A stretch of DNA of 64,000 nucleotides, taken from positions 96,001 to 160,000 of the forward strand of contig JBPOFY010000004.1 in NCBI GenBank assembly GCA_051252375.1, written 5' to 3'. This document shows positions 47,424 to 57,045 of this stretch, piece after piece (within the stretch, counting starts at the first letter, position 1; each line of letters begins with the position of its first letter). Below the pieces are notes generated by a model that did not search any database, was not told where the DNA came from, and saw only the letters and a program-made list of their open reading frames with translations. A program made the translations under genes and the position numbers. Source of the stretch: Opitutaceae bacterium. GTDB taxonomy: Bacteria; Verrucomicrobiota; Verrucomicrobiia; Opitutales; Coraliomargaritaceae.

Positions 47424-48734
47424 TCAATCGACAGTCGATTCTTCGTCATCGACGAAACGAACACAAAACGCAGCAATCAGTATGGACACACCGCCAAGTA
47501 GAACCGCATTCATGCTATTTCCACCCAACAGCGAAGACATGATCTTCCCCAACCCCAAAGATGCGGCAATCTGCGGCAAAACAATGAAGAAATTGAATAC
47601 TCCCATGTAGAACCCCATTTTCTCTCCTGGAATCACATTCGCTAACATCGCGTAAGGCATCGACAAGATACTCGCCCAAGCAACACCGACTGCCAGCATA
47701 GATATCAGTAACATATTCGGAGAAGTTGCGAACATGACCGAGATCAATCCGAGGCCTCCAATGGCGAGGCAAACCGTATGAATGCTCTTGGCACTGAATT
47801 TGCGCACTAAAAATATCAACAGGAAGGCAAAGAGAAACGCCACTCCGTTATACACGGAGAAACAAACCCCGCCCCACTCGGCTCCGCTTTGATATTCCGC
47901 GCTGCCTTGAGTGCCACCAAAAATATAAGTCGCCACTGCTGGAATGAAGTAAATCCACATACAGAAGAGCCCGAACCATGTGAAGAATTGGACTATGGCC
48001 AGTTGCTTCATAGCGCGTGGCATCGAACCGATCCCTTGGAATATCTCCTTAAACGCGTTCCCCACGCCTGCCGTCTCCTTCTTCATCTTCTCGAAGGCTT
48101 CGATGTCTTCAGGGGGATACTCCTTAGTGCTCAAAACTGTGTAAAGGACGGCACAGAAAAAGACCACGGCACCGACATAGAATGCGATGTGAACTGACTG
48201 CGGGATCGCATTACCCGATTCGCTTTCACCAGTGACGCCGAACCAATTTGAAAGCATCCATGGCAGCGACGACGATAGCACCGCACCAAGACCGATCAAC
48301 AAACTCTGCATCGCGAAGCCCATCTTGCGCTGAGGCTTATCCAACTTATCGCCCACAAACGCGCGGAAGGGTTCCATACTGACATTCACCGATGCATCGA
48401 GGATCCATAGCAAACCCGCGGCCATCCACAGCGAACTGGAATTCGGCATCGCGATCAGTGCGAGACTGGCGAGCAATGCGCCCACCAAGAAATAAGGGCG
48501 ACGACGACCTAGGCGTGTCCAAGTGCGGTCGCTGTAATAGCCGACTAAAGGTTGCACAATCAAACCAGTCAATGGAGCCGCTAGCCAGAGGAATGGGATC
48601 GTGCTTTCATCCGCGCCGAGGTATTGATAAATGGCACTCATATTGGCCATCTGTAGTCCCCAGCCGAACTGGATGCCAAAGAAGCCGAAGCTCATATTCC
48701 ATATCTGCCAAAATGAGAGTTTGGGTTTATTCAT
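47424..48734 (-). CDS. MFS sugar transporter (maltose/maltodextrin; SLC45/MalT-like)
   Basis: KPKLSFWQIWNMSFGFFGIQFG, YSDRTWTRLGRRRPY, DASVNVSMEPFRA and MGFYMGVFNFFIVLPQI motifs; multiple hydrophobic helices. Confidence 0.92.
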   Translation of the reverse strand: MNKPKLSFWQIWNMSFGFFGIQFGWGLQMANMSAIYQYLGADESTIPFLWLAAPLTGLIVQPLVGYYSDRTWTRLGRRRPYFLVGALLASLALIAMPNSSSLWMAAGLLWILDASVNVSMEPFRAFVGDKLDKPQRKMGFAMQSLLIGLGAVLSSSLPWMLSNWFGVTGESESGNAIPQSVHIAFYVGAVVFFCAVLYTVLSTKEYPPEDIEAFEKMKKETAGVGNAFKEIFQGIGSMPRAMKQLAIVQFFTWFGLFCMWIYFIPAVATYIFGGTQGSAEYQSGAEWGGVCFSVYNGVAFLFAFLLIFLVRKFSAKSIHTVCLAIGGLGLISVMFATSPNMLLISMLAVGVAWASILSMPYAMLANVIPGEKMGFYMGVFNFFIVLPQIAASLGLGKIMSSLLGGNSMNAVLLGGVSILIAAFCVRFVDDEESTVD

Positions 48735-48770
48735 AAAAATAGGTTGGTTTGTTTTGAGGTTCGAAAATGA

Positions 48771-50357
48771 CTAAGAAATGGAAACGTCTGCAGGTGCATG
48801 CGACAAGCCGCGACCACAGGAATCGGTCAGCTGCGAAAGCTCGGGAAGCGCAGACTCAAGGTCGGTAAAGCTTGTCATCCGCCAGCCCCAACTACCGGAG
48901 GCGACACCGGGTGTATTCATGCGCGCTTCAGACCCCAGCCCCAGCAAATCCTGCACCGGCACTACCGTAGCAGCGGCATTGGACTCATACAGACTGCGGA
49001 TAAAGTCTTTGTGGATTTCTGAACCGTCACCGCCGAAATACGCCAACGCTTCATTGCGCTCAGCCTCGATTTCGCTCTGATTCCGAGTGCTACTGGCTCC
49101 GATCTGACTATTAAACCAACCGACCACGGTATCGTTGTCATGCGTTCCGGTATAGGCTACGCAGCTCTCATCGTATGACTCTGGGATAAATGTGTGTTTC
49201 ATGTCATCGGAGCCAAACGCGAACTGTTCGATTCGAATACCGGGCAACTTAAAGCCATCACGCAGTGCGATCACGCCGGGCGTAATGACACCCAAATCTT
49301 CCGCAATCACCGGCAATGGATAGCCATGGTCTTCGACAAATTTATCAAACACCTCTTGCCCCGGAGCAGCGACCCAACGCCCAGCCGCGGCCGTCTTTGC
49401 ACCGCCGGGAATTTCCCAGCAAGCCTCGAAACCACGAAAGTGATCAATGCGCACAACATCCACCCAAGTCAGAATCTTCTGCAAGCGACGACGCCACCAT
49501 GCATAGTCATCCGCTCGGTGCGCATCCCATGCGTAAAGCGGGTTGCCCCAAAGTTGTCCCGTTTCTGAAAAATAGTCGGGCGGCACCCCGGCCACCACGC
49601 TTGGACTGCCATCTCCGCTCAAGCGGAAGAGGTTTCGTTTGCACCAAACGTCGGCGCTATCGTGCGCGACAAAGATTGGAAGGTCGCCGACAATACGCAC
49701 GCCTAACGCTTGCGCCGTAGCACGCACATTCTGCCATTGTTCCCGCAGCATGAACTGCTCGAAACAGATACGGTCAATCGTCAGCGATAAATCAATGCTT
49801 GCCTGAACCAGTGTTTCCGCGTCGCGATGACGATAAGCCATCGGCCATTCCGTCCAAGCAACTCCATCGAAATTGTTTTTCAATGCACTGAAGAGTGCAA
49901 AGTCCTCAAGCCACTCAGCTTCATCCTGTAAAAAGGCTTCGAATTTCACCCGCAGTGGATGCGCGGCATTTAACTTAAAAAAGCGCAAGGTCGCACGCGC
50001 CGACATCTCTATCTTATTAGTATAAACGGTGGCGAAATCAACCTGACTGCTGCTCTCCAACACAAACGATTGCAATTCGATGTCATTAATCAGGCCACGC
50101 TCATGTAGATCCTCTGGGCTAATGAACACTGGATTCGCGGCAAAAGCAGATAGCCCCTGATACGGCGAGTCGCCATAACCTGCTGGATTGAGTGGCAATA
50201 TTTGCCAAATATTTTGCCCATTATTCGCCAGCAGCTTCAACCATTCGATCGAGGTTGGCCCGAAGTCTCCTATACCGAATGCATTTGGCAACGATGTCGG
50301 ATGCAGCAACAAGCCGCAGTCTTTTTCGAAAAGCGAGGGTTGGGAACGATCCTTCAT
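48771..50357 (-). CDS. malQ: 4-alpha-glucanotransferase (amylomaltase, GH77)
   Basis: GLLLHPTSLP, WQILPL, GDLPIFV, GVPPDYFSETGQLWGNPLY, RIDHFRGF, AEDLG, YTGTHDNDT and RMNTPG motifs. Start at ATG 50357 (alternative 50426). Confidence 0.96.
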   Translation of the reverse strand: MKDRSQPSLFEKDCGLLLHPTSLPNAFGIGDFGPTSIEWLKLLANNGQNIWQILPLNPAGYGDSPYQGLSAFAANPVFISPEDLHERGLINDIELQSFVLESSSQVDFATVYTNKIEMSARATLRFFKLNAAHPLRVKFEAFLQDEAEWLEDFALFSALKNNFDGVAWTEWPMAYRHRDAETLVQASIDLSLTIDRICFEQFMLREQWQNVRATAQALGVRIVGDLPIFVAHDSADVWCKRNLFRLSGDGSPSVVAGVPPDYFSETGQLWGNPLYAWDAHRADDYAWWRRRLQKILTWVDVVRIDHFRGFEACWEIPGGAKTAAAGRWVAAPGQEVFDKFVEDHGYPLPVIAEDLGVITPGVIALRDGFKLPGIRIEQFAFGSDDMKHTFIPESYDESCVAYTGTHDNDTVVGWFNSQIGASSTRNQSEIEAERNEALAYFGGDGSEIHKDFIRSLYESNAAATVVPVQDLLGLGSEARMNTPGVASGSWGWRMTSFTDLESALPELSQLTDSCGRGLSHAPADVSIS

Positions 50358-50502
50358 TATAGGTGAATCTTCACGGTTGGATGTTGTAGAGTGAACAAAG
50401 CGAGGGGTGGAATCAATAGACGGCATTTGGGGAAGTCAGACATTACGTTTAATTGAGTTAGAACTTAAATCACTCCAGCACGCACAGGCACTCCAAGCTC
50501 TA

Positions 50503-50515
50503 TTTGACAGTTGAA
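50503..50515. promoter_or_regulatory. Putative alpha-glucan LacI operator
   Basis: TTTGACAGTTGAA upstream of malQ; one of six copies of NTNRACWGTTGAA. Confidence 0.6.
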
Positions 50516-50541
50516 CAGGCTATGGCCGACTGCGTTCCTCA

Positions 50542-53500
50542 CTACTGCTGCCCCGTGTAAATTGCTGATGACATCGGGCTCAAGGTAAGCACAACATGTC
50601 CATTCCGCACACGGACCGAGGCTCCCGTCAGCGCATCGATCAATTCACTCGAACCGATCTCAGGACCTACATTTAAGTTAAATTCGAGCTTTCTGTCGGA
50701 ACGATTAAACAACACCAACGCTCGATCATCGCCATAAGCACGCACATAAGCATAACGATCCGCCCCCGCCTCCAGCGCACGACGACTCCCCATAAACAAT
50801 GCTGGATGCGCTCGGCGTGTGTGCGCCAGCTTCGCGAAATGCGCTCGAACCGATGCTTCGGCCGCCGTTACGTCATCACCAAAGCGCATCATCCGCCGAT
50901 TATCGGGATCGCCTGCACCGCTCATACCAATCTCGTCGCCGTAATAAATCATCGGCACGCCATCAATCGTCAGAAGGAAAGTCATCGCCAATTTCAACTT
51001 CTCGAAAGCCGCAGGATTATCGACTGTGAGCCTGCGCTTCCAGCCGACCTCCTCATCATCTGGTTCATCTGGGTCGGGCAAATCGCCATCGGCATATGCC
51101 ATGAAACGCGACTTGTCGTGATTCCCAAGTAAGGCCGACATGCGCACGCTGCGACCATACACTTCCTCGGACTGACGTAAGGCATTTTCTAGTGCGACAA
51201 AGTCGGCTGTGCCCTGCGCGAAGCATGGCACGAGCGTATCATACAGCGGGAAGTCAAATTGCCCATCGAGCATATTGGGACCGACGAAATCTGCAATCCC
51301 TTGGCGGCTTTGAAAAGTCTCGCCGACAAAGTAATGATTCGAGTCTGGAAAAGTATCGCGCATGCGTGTGCGAAAACGCCACCAGAAGTCCGGCCTAATA
51401 TGCTTCACGGCATCGAGACGATAACCGTCGAGATCGTAAGTATCGATCCAGTGAGTCGCATCTTCCAAAAGAAAGGCCACGGTCTCCGGATTACGAAAAT
51501 CAAATGCCGGCAGGAATGGCTCAAACCAAGTCGTATATGGATTGTCATTCCAACGGCGCAAATTGCGACTGCCATCACTCAGCTCCAATTGACCAAAAAG
51601 CTCGGGGCGCTCCGCGCGAATCGGGTTATCGACATGCACATGCTTCAACACGAAATCCGCCAGCACTTTCATCTCTTTACCATGCACCTCGCTGATGAGT
51701 TTGCGCAACGCAGGCTCGCCACCAAAGCGCTCTTCGACGCCATAGCGGTCCACCGGCCAGTAACCATGGTAGCCTGTGTATGAACGATACGGTTCCAGAT
51801 ACTCCTTCGAAGCACCCACTGGGTTTTGATTCAATGGAGCCAACCAAATCACGTTCACACCTAGGGCATCGAAATAGCCCTCATCTAGCTTTTGCCGAAT
51901 GCCATCAAAATCACCACCATGATAGTTTGCCGCGGGTAGAACTTCGGGGTCAGCGACTTTGACAGTGTTGGCAGTATTGCCGTCATGGAAACGATCGGTA
52001 AATGCATAATAGATGATATCATCCTGCCAAATATCCTCTAGCGGCTCGCCCGCAAAAGTCATTGCCGGCAAGCCAACTTTACCGTTCACCCCTTCAGCGA
52101 TGACACGAATTACCTCTCCCTGTGGCACCTGTGACTGGAAATAAACTTTGATCACATTGCCCTCAATTTCGACAGGTAAACGAACCACTCCGCCCGACTT
52201 CATGAGCGCCTCAGCAATCACAGTCGACAGCGGCTGATCCGATTGAATTTGAATTGAGCGATCATCCTGCCCAGCAACGAAAAGCGTGGGGGCTGACGCG
52301 TGCGCAGACCCGCCACCAAGCTCGACCACACTGTTATGACCACCGTAACCATCCGATTCAAGTTGAGCATTTCCAGGGTCTGTTTCCCAACTACCGTCGA
52401 TGACAAATTTATATATATGCCGGCCTGCGTTAAACGACTTCGTCAATTCCCAGCCACCATCCACTTTACGCAGCAAATCAGCATCAGCATTCCAGCTATT
52501 AAAGGCACCAACGAGTGCCACCGAAGTCGCCTCGTTATAACCATGTAGCGTAAATGTATGTGAAGGCACAGACTCCACGACCAGCGGCAAACTACTCTGA
52601 ATCACTTGATCGCTTCCAGATAAAGGCTCCAAGAAAAGCGGCACCATTTTTAAACCGCCCGCCGTCGTATCTGCAGAAACAATGAGCTGATGGTTCAAGC
52701 GATCAATTGAAACACTCACACCATCGACCGATCCGGAAGTAAAACGATGCGTCGCGCCTGGATTACCAAAACGTCGTAAGTCGATTAGCAATTCCTCACC
52801 AGCGCGCAGAAGTGTGAGTGGAGGCGCACCTAGAAACGCCTTACCAGCGGGCAAGATCGGGCTGGCGATAACACCGGCTTCGAGTTCATCAGTCGTGCTC
52901 AGCTCCCAATAGTATGCGGAAAGCGGAGCCAACCGATCTAGATAAATACCCTCGCGTAATGCATCCTCGATACGGATCGCACGCACCGATTGACCATCCA
53001 TGGCGAGACGCTCCTTAAGCACCAACCACTGGTCCGATGTATCCCTCAAACCAAGCTCCAAAATCGCAGCTGCAGGTAAGCGCACGCGCACATGTCGAAG
53101 CGTTGCATTTGCGTGGAAGTTGCTGGTCACTAAATAACGCGAGCCACTGGACGGATCACTGCGCAGATAAGCATAAAACCAATGCCCGGATGGGCCGACG
53201 TCCGCTACTTTTCCATAGAACGGATTATTCCGATTCACCTGATTGAGCATGATGGAATTGCCTTGAGAAAACGCAGGCTCGGTCTGCAGCTGAAGTAGTC
53301 TCGAATACCACGCACGCAGTGCGATTTGCTCAGCAGATAGCCCTGCGCCATCAGCAGCGCCATCGTTCCACCATTTATTCAATTCCGGCAACGACCAGTA
53401 ATCAAAAATCGAAGAGCGTTGATCATCGCCACCGAAACCTTCGATACCCAGCCCCGGTTCGCCGACCTCTTGACCATGATATATCATTACCGGTCCGCGT

Positions 53501-55278
53501 GAGAGACCGAAAAGTGTGGCAGTCACTGGACGACCGACTGCCATCCCCTGCCCGCCCCAGGTGCCTGGGTGTGCAAGGCGAATTTCGTCATGGTTTTCAG
53601 TGTAGCGTAGGGCGCAATCAAAGAAGAATGCATCCAAGCCTTGCTCCACTTCGTCCAGATCATTTGCCCAAGCTTTTCCCTCCAACAAATGTTCCAGCGT
53701 ATCGTATCCAGGATCATCATACACGGAGTTAAAACCGGCATCGAGCAGTGAAAGCATGACGCTATCTTCGGCATTAATCGCGGGGTCACGACTAGGCACT
53801 TTTGCGGGGTCATCATTATAAGCCTCTGCACAGAAGAAGACTTCCGGGTCGCGCGCCTTCGCCCGATGAATCATCCATTTCCAGAATTCAGGTGGCACCA
53901 TGTGCGCCATGTCCGCCCGAAAACCGTCCACCCCGAGCTCCTGCCAATAGGCGATGATCGAATCCATTTTTTTCCAAGTATCGGGAATGGGCTTTCGTGG
54001 ACTGATTGCTGACGGATATTCTGGTGCTCGATCACGGTGTAAGAAATCGAAGCCATAATTCAGTTTCACCGTTTCATACCAATCTCCATTCGATGGCTGC
54101 CAGCTGGCGACATTGTTGCCTGTCACGCGACCATGCACGCGCTCCGCATCAAAATACCCATCTGCATTACCGACAAGGCGCGCGGTTTCGTTCACGACTT
54201 GACCGGTTTGAGGATCGACTGTCGGCAACCTGAGTGGCGCTTGGCCGTCTGTAATTTCAGGCGTGAGATAGAAGAAATTATTGTCCGCATCGAAATAGAC
54301 GTCCTTTCGGTCACTCACTCCAAAGGCGAGCTCCGGTCGTATATCAGAAGCATAACTGCGCGCCACGTGGTTTGGCACAAAATCAATAATCACATCAAGA
54401 CCCGCCGCTTTCATCCGTGCGGTCAGCGCCTTAAACTCGTCCAGTCGCTTGTTCGGATCGTCTGCAAAGTCCGGAGACACATCAAAATAATCGCGTATCG
54501 CATACGGACTGCCAGCGATGCCTTTCAACAAATCTGGATCATCCGGAGCTTGTCCCGCATCAGTATAATCGGTCGATGTCGCCTGCTGTATAATGCCAGT
54601 CAGCCAAATATGGCTAAAACCATCCGCCTTTAATCCCGCAAGAACCGACGCGCTCAAGTCGTTGAACTTACCGGAACCATTTTCAGCTAAAGTCCCGTTG
54701 GTCTTACGGGTCTCATTATCATTACCGAAAAGTCGTGGCAACATTTGATAGATGCGCGGCTTAGCTTCCACCGAACCATAACGACCGCGCAGTTCCAATT
54801 CCCCGGACGCGACCACTGCGTAATAGTGCGGCAGATACACATCGCTGCCCGAGCGTGAAAAGTAATCATGGTCTGCTGCCAGTGCGCCATCGGTGGTCGA
54901 AGTAAACCACTGCACGGCACGCACGTGATCGAGCGTTCGTCCCGACTCCATCTCCACTGTCAGCGTATTGCCGTTGCGATTCATAACAAAAGCATCAGCG
55001 GATACGTTTTGCCATTGGTAGTATCCATAAGCGCGAGCACTGACGACCATATCATTTCGAACTTCTAGTATGACATCGGCCTGAAATGGTAAAAACACTC
55101 GGCGGTCTTGACCAACAGTCACCACTGTGGACCCAAAACTAGGTCCCACATCCAAAGCCACCCAAACTGTCGTATTGGAATCAACCGCCGTAACTGGCAA
55201 CTGCACCGAAACGGGCTGCGCAGTTAGGCAACCAGCAAGCAAACAGGAGATAACGAGGAGGAATAATCGGTGTAACAT
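50542..55278 (-). CDS. Double GH13 alpha-amylase-family protein with a central CBM48-like module; possible lipoprotein
   Basis: Start at ATG 55278 gives MLHRLFLLVISCLLAGC (lipobox-like). Domain 1: DFVPNH, DGFRADMAH, AEAY, ENHDE. CBM48-like: VGAFNSWN...YKFVIDGSWETDPGN. Domain 2: YHGYW, DGYRLDAVKH, VGETF, LGNHD, YYGDEIG. Confidence 0.9.
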   Translation of the reverse strand: MLHRLFLLVISCLLAGCLTAQPVSVQLPVTAVDSNTTVWVALDVGPSFGSTVVTVGQDRRVFLPFQADVILEVRNDMVVSARAYGYYQWQNVSADAFVMNRNGNTLTVEMESGRTLDHVRAVQWFTSTTDGALAADHDYFSRSGSDVYLPHYYAVVASGELELRGRYGSVEAKPRIYQMLPRLFGNDNETRKTNGTLAENGSGKFNDLSASVLAGLKADGFSHIWLTGIIQQATSTDYTDAGQAPDDPDLLKGIAGSPYAIRDYFDVSPDFADDPNKRLDEFKALTARMKAAGLDVIIDFVPNHVARSYASDIRPELAFGVSDRKDVYFDADNNFFYLTPEITDGQAPLRLPTVDPQTGQVVNETARLVGNADGYFDAERVHGRVTGNNVASWQPSNGDWYETVKLNYGFDFLHRDRAPEYPSAISPRKPIPDTWKKMDSIIAYWQELGVDGFRADMAHMVPPEFWKWMIHRAKARDPEVFFCAEAYNDDPAKVPSRDPAINAEDSVMLSLLDAGFNSVYDDPGYDTLEHLLEGKAWANDLDEVEQGLDAFFFDCALRYTENHDEIRLAHPGTWGGQGMAVGRPVTATLFGLSRGPVMIYHGQEVGEPGLGIEGFGGDDQRSSIFDYWSLPELNKWWNDGAADGAGLSAEQIALRAWYSRLLQLQTEPAFSQGNSIMLNQVNRNNPFYGKVADVGPSGHWFYAYLRSDPSSGSRYLVTSNFHANATLRHVRVRLPAAAILELGLRDTSDQWLVLKERLAMDGQSVRAIRIEDALREGIYLDRLAPLSAYYWELSTTDELEAGVIASPILPAGKAFLGAPPLTLLRAGEELLIDLRRFGNPGATHRFTSGSVDGVSVSIDRLNHQLIVSADTTAGGLKMVPLFLEPLSGSDQVIQSSLPLVVESVPSHTFTLHGYNEATSVALVGAFNSWNADADLLRKVDGGWELTKSFNAGRHIYKFVIDGSWETDPGNAQLESDGYGGHNSVVELGGGSAHASAPTLFVAGQDDRSIQIQSDQPLSTVIAEALMKSGGVVRLPVEIEGNVIKVYFQSQVPQGEVIRVIAEGVNGKVGLPAMTFAGEPLEDIWQDDIIYYAFTDRFHDGNTANTVKVADPEVLPAANYHGGDFDGIRQKLDEGYFDALGVNVIWLAPLNQNPVGASKEYLEPYRSYTGYHGYWPVDRYGVEERFGGEPALRKLISEVHGKEMKVLADFVLKHVHVDNPIRAERPELFGQLELSDGSRNLRRWNDNPYTTWFEPFLPAFDFRNPETVAFLLEDATHWIDTYDLDGYRLDAVKHIRPDFWWRFRTRMRDTFPDSNHYFVGETFQSRQGIADFVGPNMLDGQFDFPLYDTLVPCFAQGTADFVALENALRQSEEVYGRSVRMSALLGNHDKSRFMAYADGDLPDPDEPDDEEVGWKRRLTVDNPAAFEKLKLAMTFLLTIDGVPMIYYGDEIGMSGAGDPDNRRMMRFGDDVTAAEASVRAHFAKLAHTRRAHPALFMGSRRALEAGADRYAYVRAYGDDRALVLFNRSDRKLEFNLNVGPEIGSSELIDALTGASVRVRNGHVVLTLSPMSSAIYTGQQ

Positions 55279-55353
55279 AGAGGGGATAACTGAATAACAA
55301 TGTTTGAAATCGTCATGACAGCAGTTCTGGAGTGAAGTGCTAAACATGCACAA

Positions 55354-55527
55354 TTGGACAGTTGAATAAAGCTCTAGATCAGCCCTTGAGCTCAAAAAGC
55401 TAGCCTCCTCCGCTACTCAATTCGCTTCAGAGTTGAGAACGTCGAAATACTTTATGCTCTACGATCGAGTCCCAGCGCCGATAAAAAGGGGGAAACACCA
55501 CAAATCACGCCCAGTTGAACTGTTGAA
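55354..55527. promoter_or_regulatory. Two putative alpha-glucan LacI operators in a divergent promoter region
   Basis: TTGGACAGTTGAA (55354-55366) and TTGAACTGTTGAA (55515-55527). Confidence 0.6.
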
Positions 55528-55612
55528 TTCAAAAAGCTTTTAAAAAGTTAAGAATATGTGAATTATAGGTGATTCTGACTTTTAATACACCACCTCACAC
55601 TCATAACACACT

Positions 55613-56266
55613 ATGAAAAAAATATCCTTACTCTTTGCTGCAGCTTCCTTCATGGTTGCTACGTCATCCTACGGCGCTTTAGCCCAAACAGTTACTTTCG
55701 GTGGCGGCAATCCTTCAACTGAAGGCTGGACTGTTAGCGGCACTGGAGGAGGCGAGTTCAACAACGGGAGCGCATGGGCAATTTTTGGAGGCACCCAAAA
55801 CGCGACACGCGGCCTTGGTGGTGATCTCTCCATCGGTCAGACGGTTACCATTGACCTTGCTACTCTGGGAGTCGGAACTGGCGACTTTGTTGGTGTCGAC
55901 TTCCGTCAAGGCGCAACGACTGGCATTGGGTATAATTTCCAAGGTGGCGGAAGTAATTATAATGTTTTCAGCAATGCAGGAGCAGTTGACTCGCTTATTG
56001 GTTTCTCTTCATCCTTCAAGACGATAGCTCTAACCAATGTTGACGGGACAAACTATACCCTGTCCATTGACGGAACAGATTTCACAAGCCTCGCGCTTGC
56101 AAATAGCACCACAGCAATTGATGAAATCCGCCTCTTCAATGCTACCAGTGGATCAGGAAACGATGTGCTTTTCAACAATTTCACTGTAGTGCCTGAACCT
56201 AGCACCTACGCACTAATCGCGGGTATTCTGGCTTTCACAGCAGTGGCAGTCAAACGTCGCAAATAA
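55613..56266 (+). CDS. PEP-CTERM sorting-domain surface protein
   Basis: Signal peptide; C-terminus VPEPSTYALIAGILAFTAVAVKRRK. Confidence 0.93.
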   Translation: MKKISLLFAAASFMVATSSYGALAQTVTFGGGNPSTEGWTVSGTGGGEFNNGSAWAIFGGTQNATRGLGGDLSIGQTVTIDLATLGVGTGDFVGVDFRQGATTGIGYNFQGGGSNYNVFSNAGAVDSLIGFSSSFKTIALTNVDGTNYTLSIDGTDFTSLALANSTTAIDEIRLFNATSGSGNDVLFNNFTVVPEPSTYALIAGILAFTAVAVKRRK

Positions 56267-56282
56267 GTTCTTTAATTATTTC

Positions 56283-56318
56283 AAAAAGCCGTTGATTATT
56301 ACATCAACGGCTTTTTTT
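56283..56318 (+). terminator. Rho-independent terminator
   Basis: aaaaagccgttgat-N6-atcaacggcttttttt. Confidence 0.9.
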
Positions 56319-56337
56319 GGTCTAACGACAATATTTC

Positions 56338-57045
56338 ATGTTTAAACAAAATTGGAAGGCACTGATTACATACACATTAGTCACATGTGCCATGAAACTG
56401 GTCGCAGTTGGTGGGGCTCCGGATCAAATCAGCCGAAACTACTATGTCACTATCGATTCTATACGCATGCACGGAATCATGACGAATGACCACTCCACCT
56501 TGGACCTGTCTGTAGCGATAAAAGGACAAAATAAAATCCGTGCCACTTTCCTCACGAAGCAAGGCTCCAGCACCAGAACTGTGTATCTATTAAATGGCCC
56601 CGCACTTAAGGAATTCCACGAAGTGGATGGCACACTAACAGAATCAGCAGCGAGCCGACTTGATTCTGTAACCACACTGATGGACCTTATCGCGTTAAAC
56701 CCAGACTATCACTTTCAAGCGAACAACGGCTTCGACCTCAACTCTCCGATTCTCGAAGGCTACACTGTCGAGCTAACAAGAGAACCCGGAGCATATTCAG
56801 GAACAGATAAACATAAACCATTACACTTACAGTTATTTGAAAACAACGAGGGCAAAAGGCTAATCCGTAGCGCCCACTTCGTTCGCTTTCACAAAGTAAT
56901 TGACCCGTATTTTCAGCCTAAAGAGATCACATTTACCGATGAGACAACTGGAGTAGGCGCCACGATTATTATCGATAGATATGAATACCGATCAGGCATC
57001 CCAGAGTTTCTCTTCGACTTCCCCGAATCGGCTGAAAAAAATTAA
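56338..57045 (+). CDS. Exported hypothetical protein, possibly of LolA-like fold
   Basis: N-terminal hydrophobic segment; C-terminus PKEITF...TIIIDRYEYRSGIPEFLFDFP resembles the ends of LolA-like/lipoprotein-sorting proteins (weak). Confidence 0.6.
   Translation: MFKQNWKALITYTLVTCAMKLVAVGGAPDQISRNYYVTIDSIRMHGIMTNDHSTLDLSVAIKGQNKIRATFLTKQGSSTRTVYLLNGPALKEFHEVDGTLTESAASRLDSVTTLMDLIALNPDYHFQANNGFDLNSPILEGYTVELTREPGAYSGTDKHKPLHLQLFENNEGKRLIRSAHFVRFHKVIDPYFQPKEITFTDETTGVGATIIIDRYEYRSGIPEFLFDFPESAEKN

Noticed and set aside
55279..55395. ORF-track 5' extension of the double-GH13 gene
   Set aside because: It overlaps an operator copy; ATG 55278 gives a proper signal peptide and lipobox.
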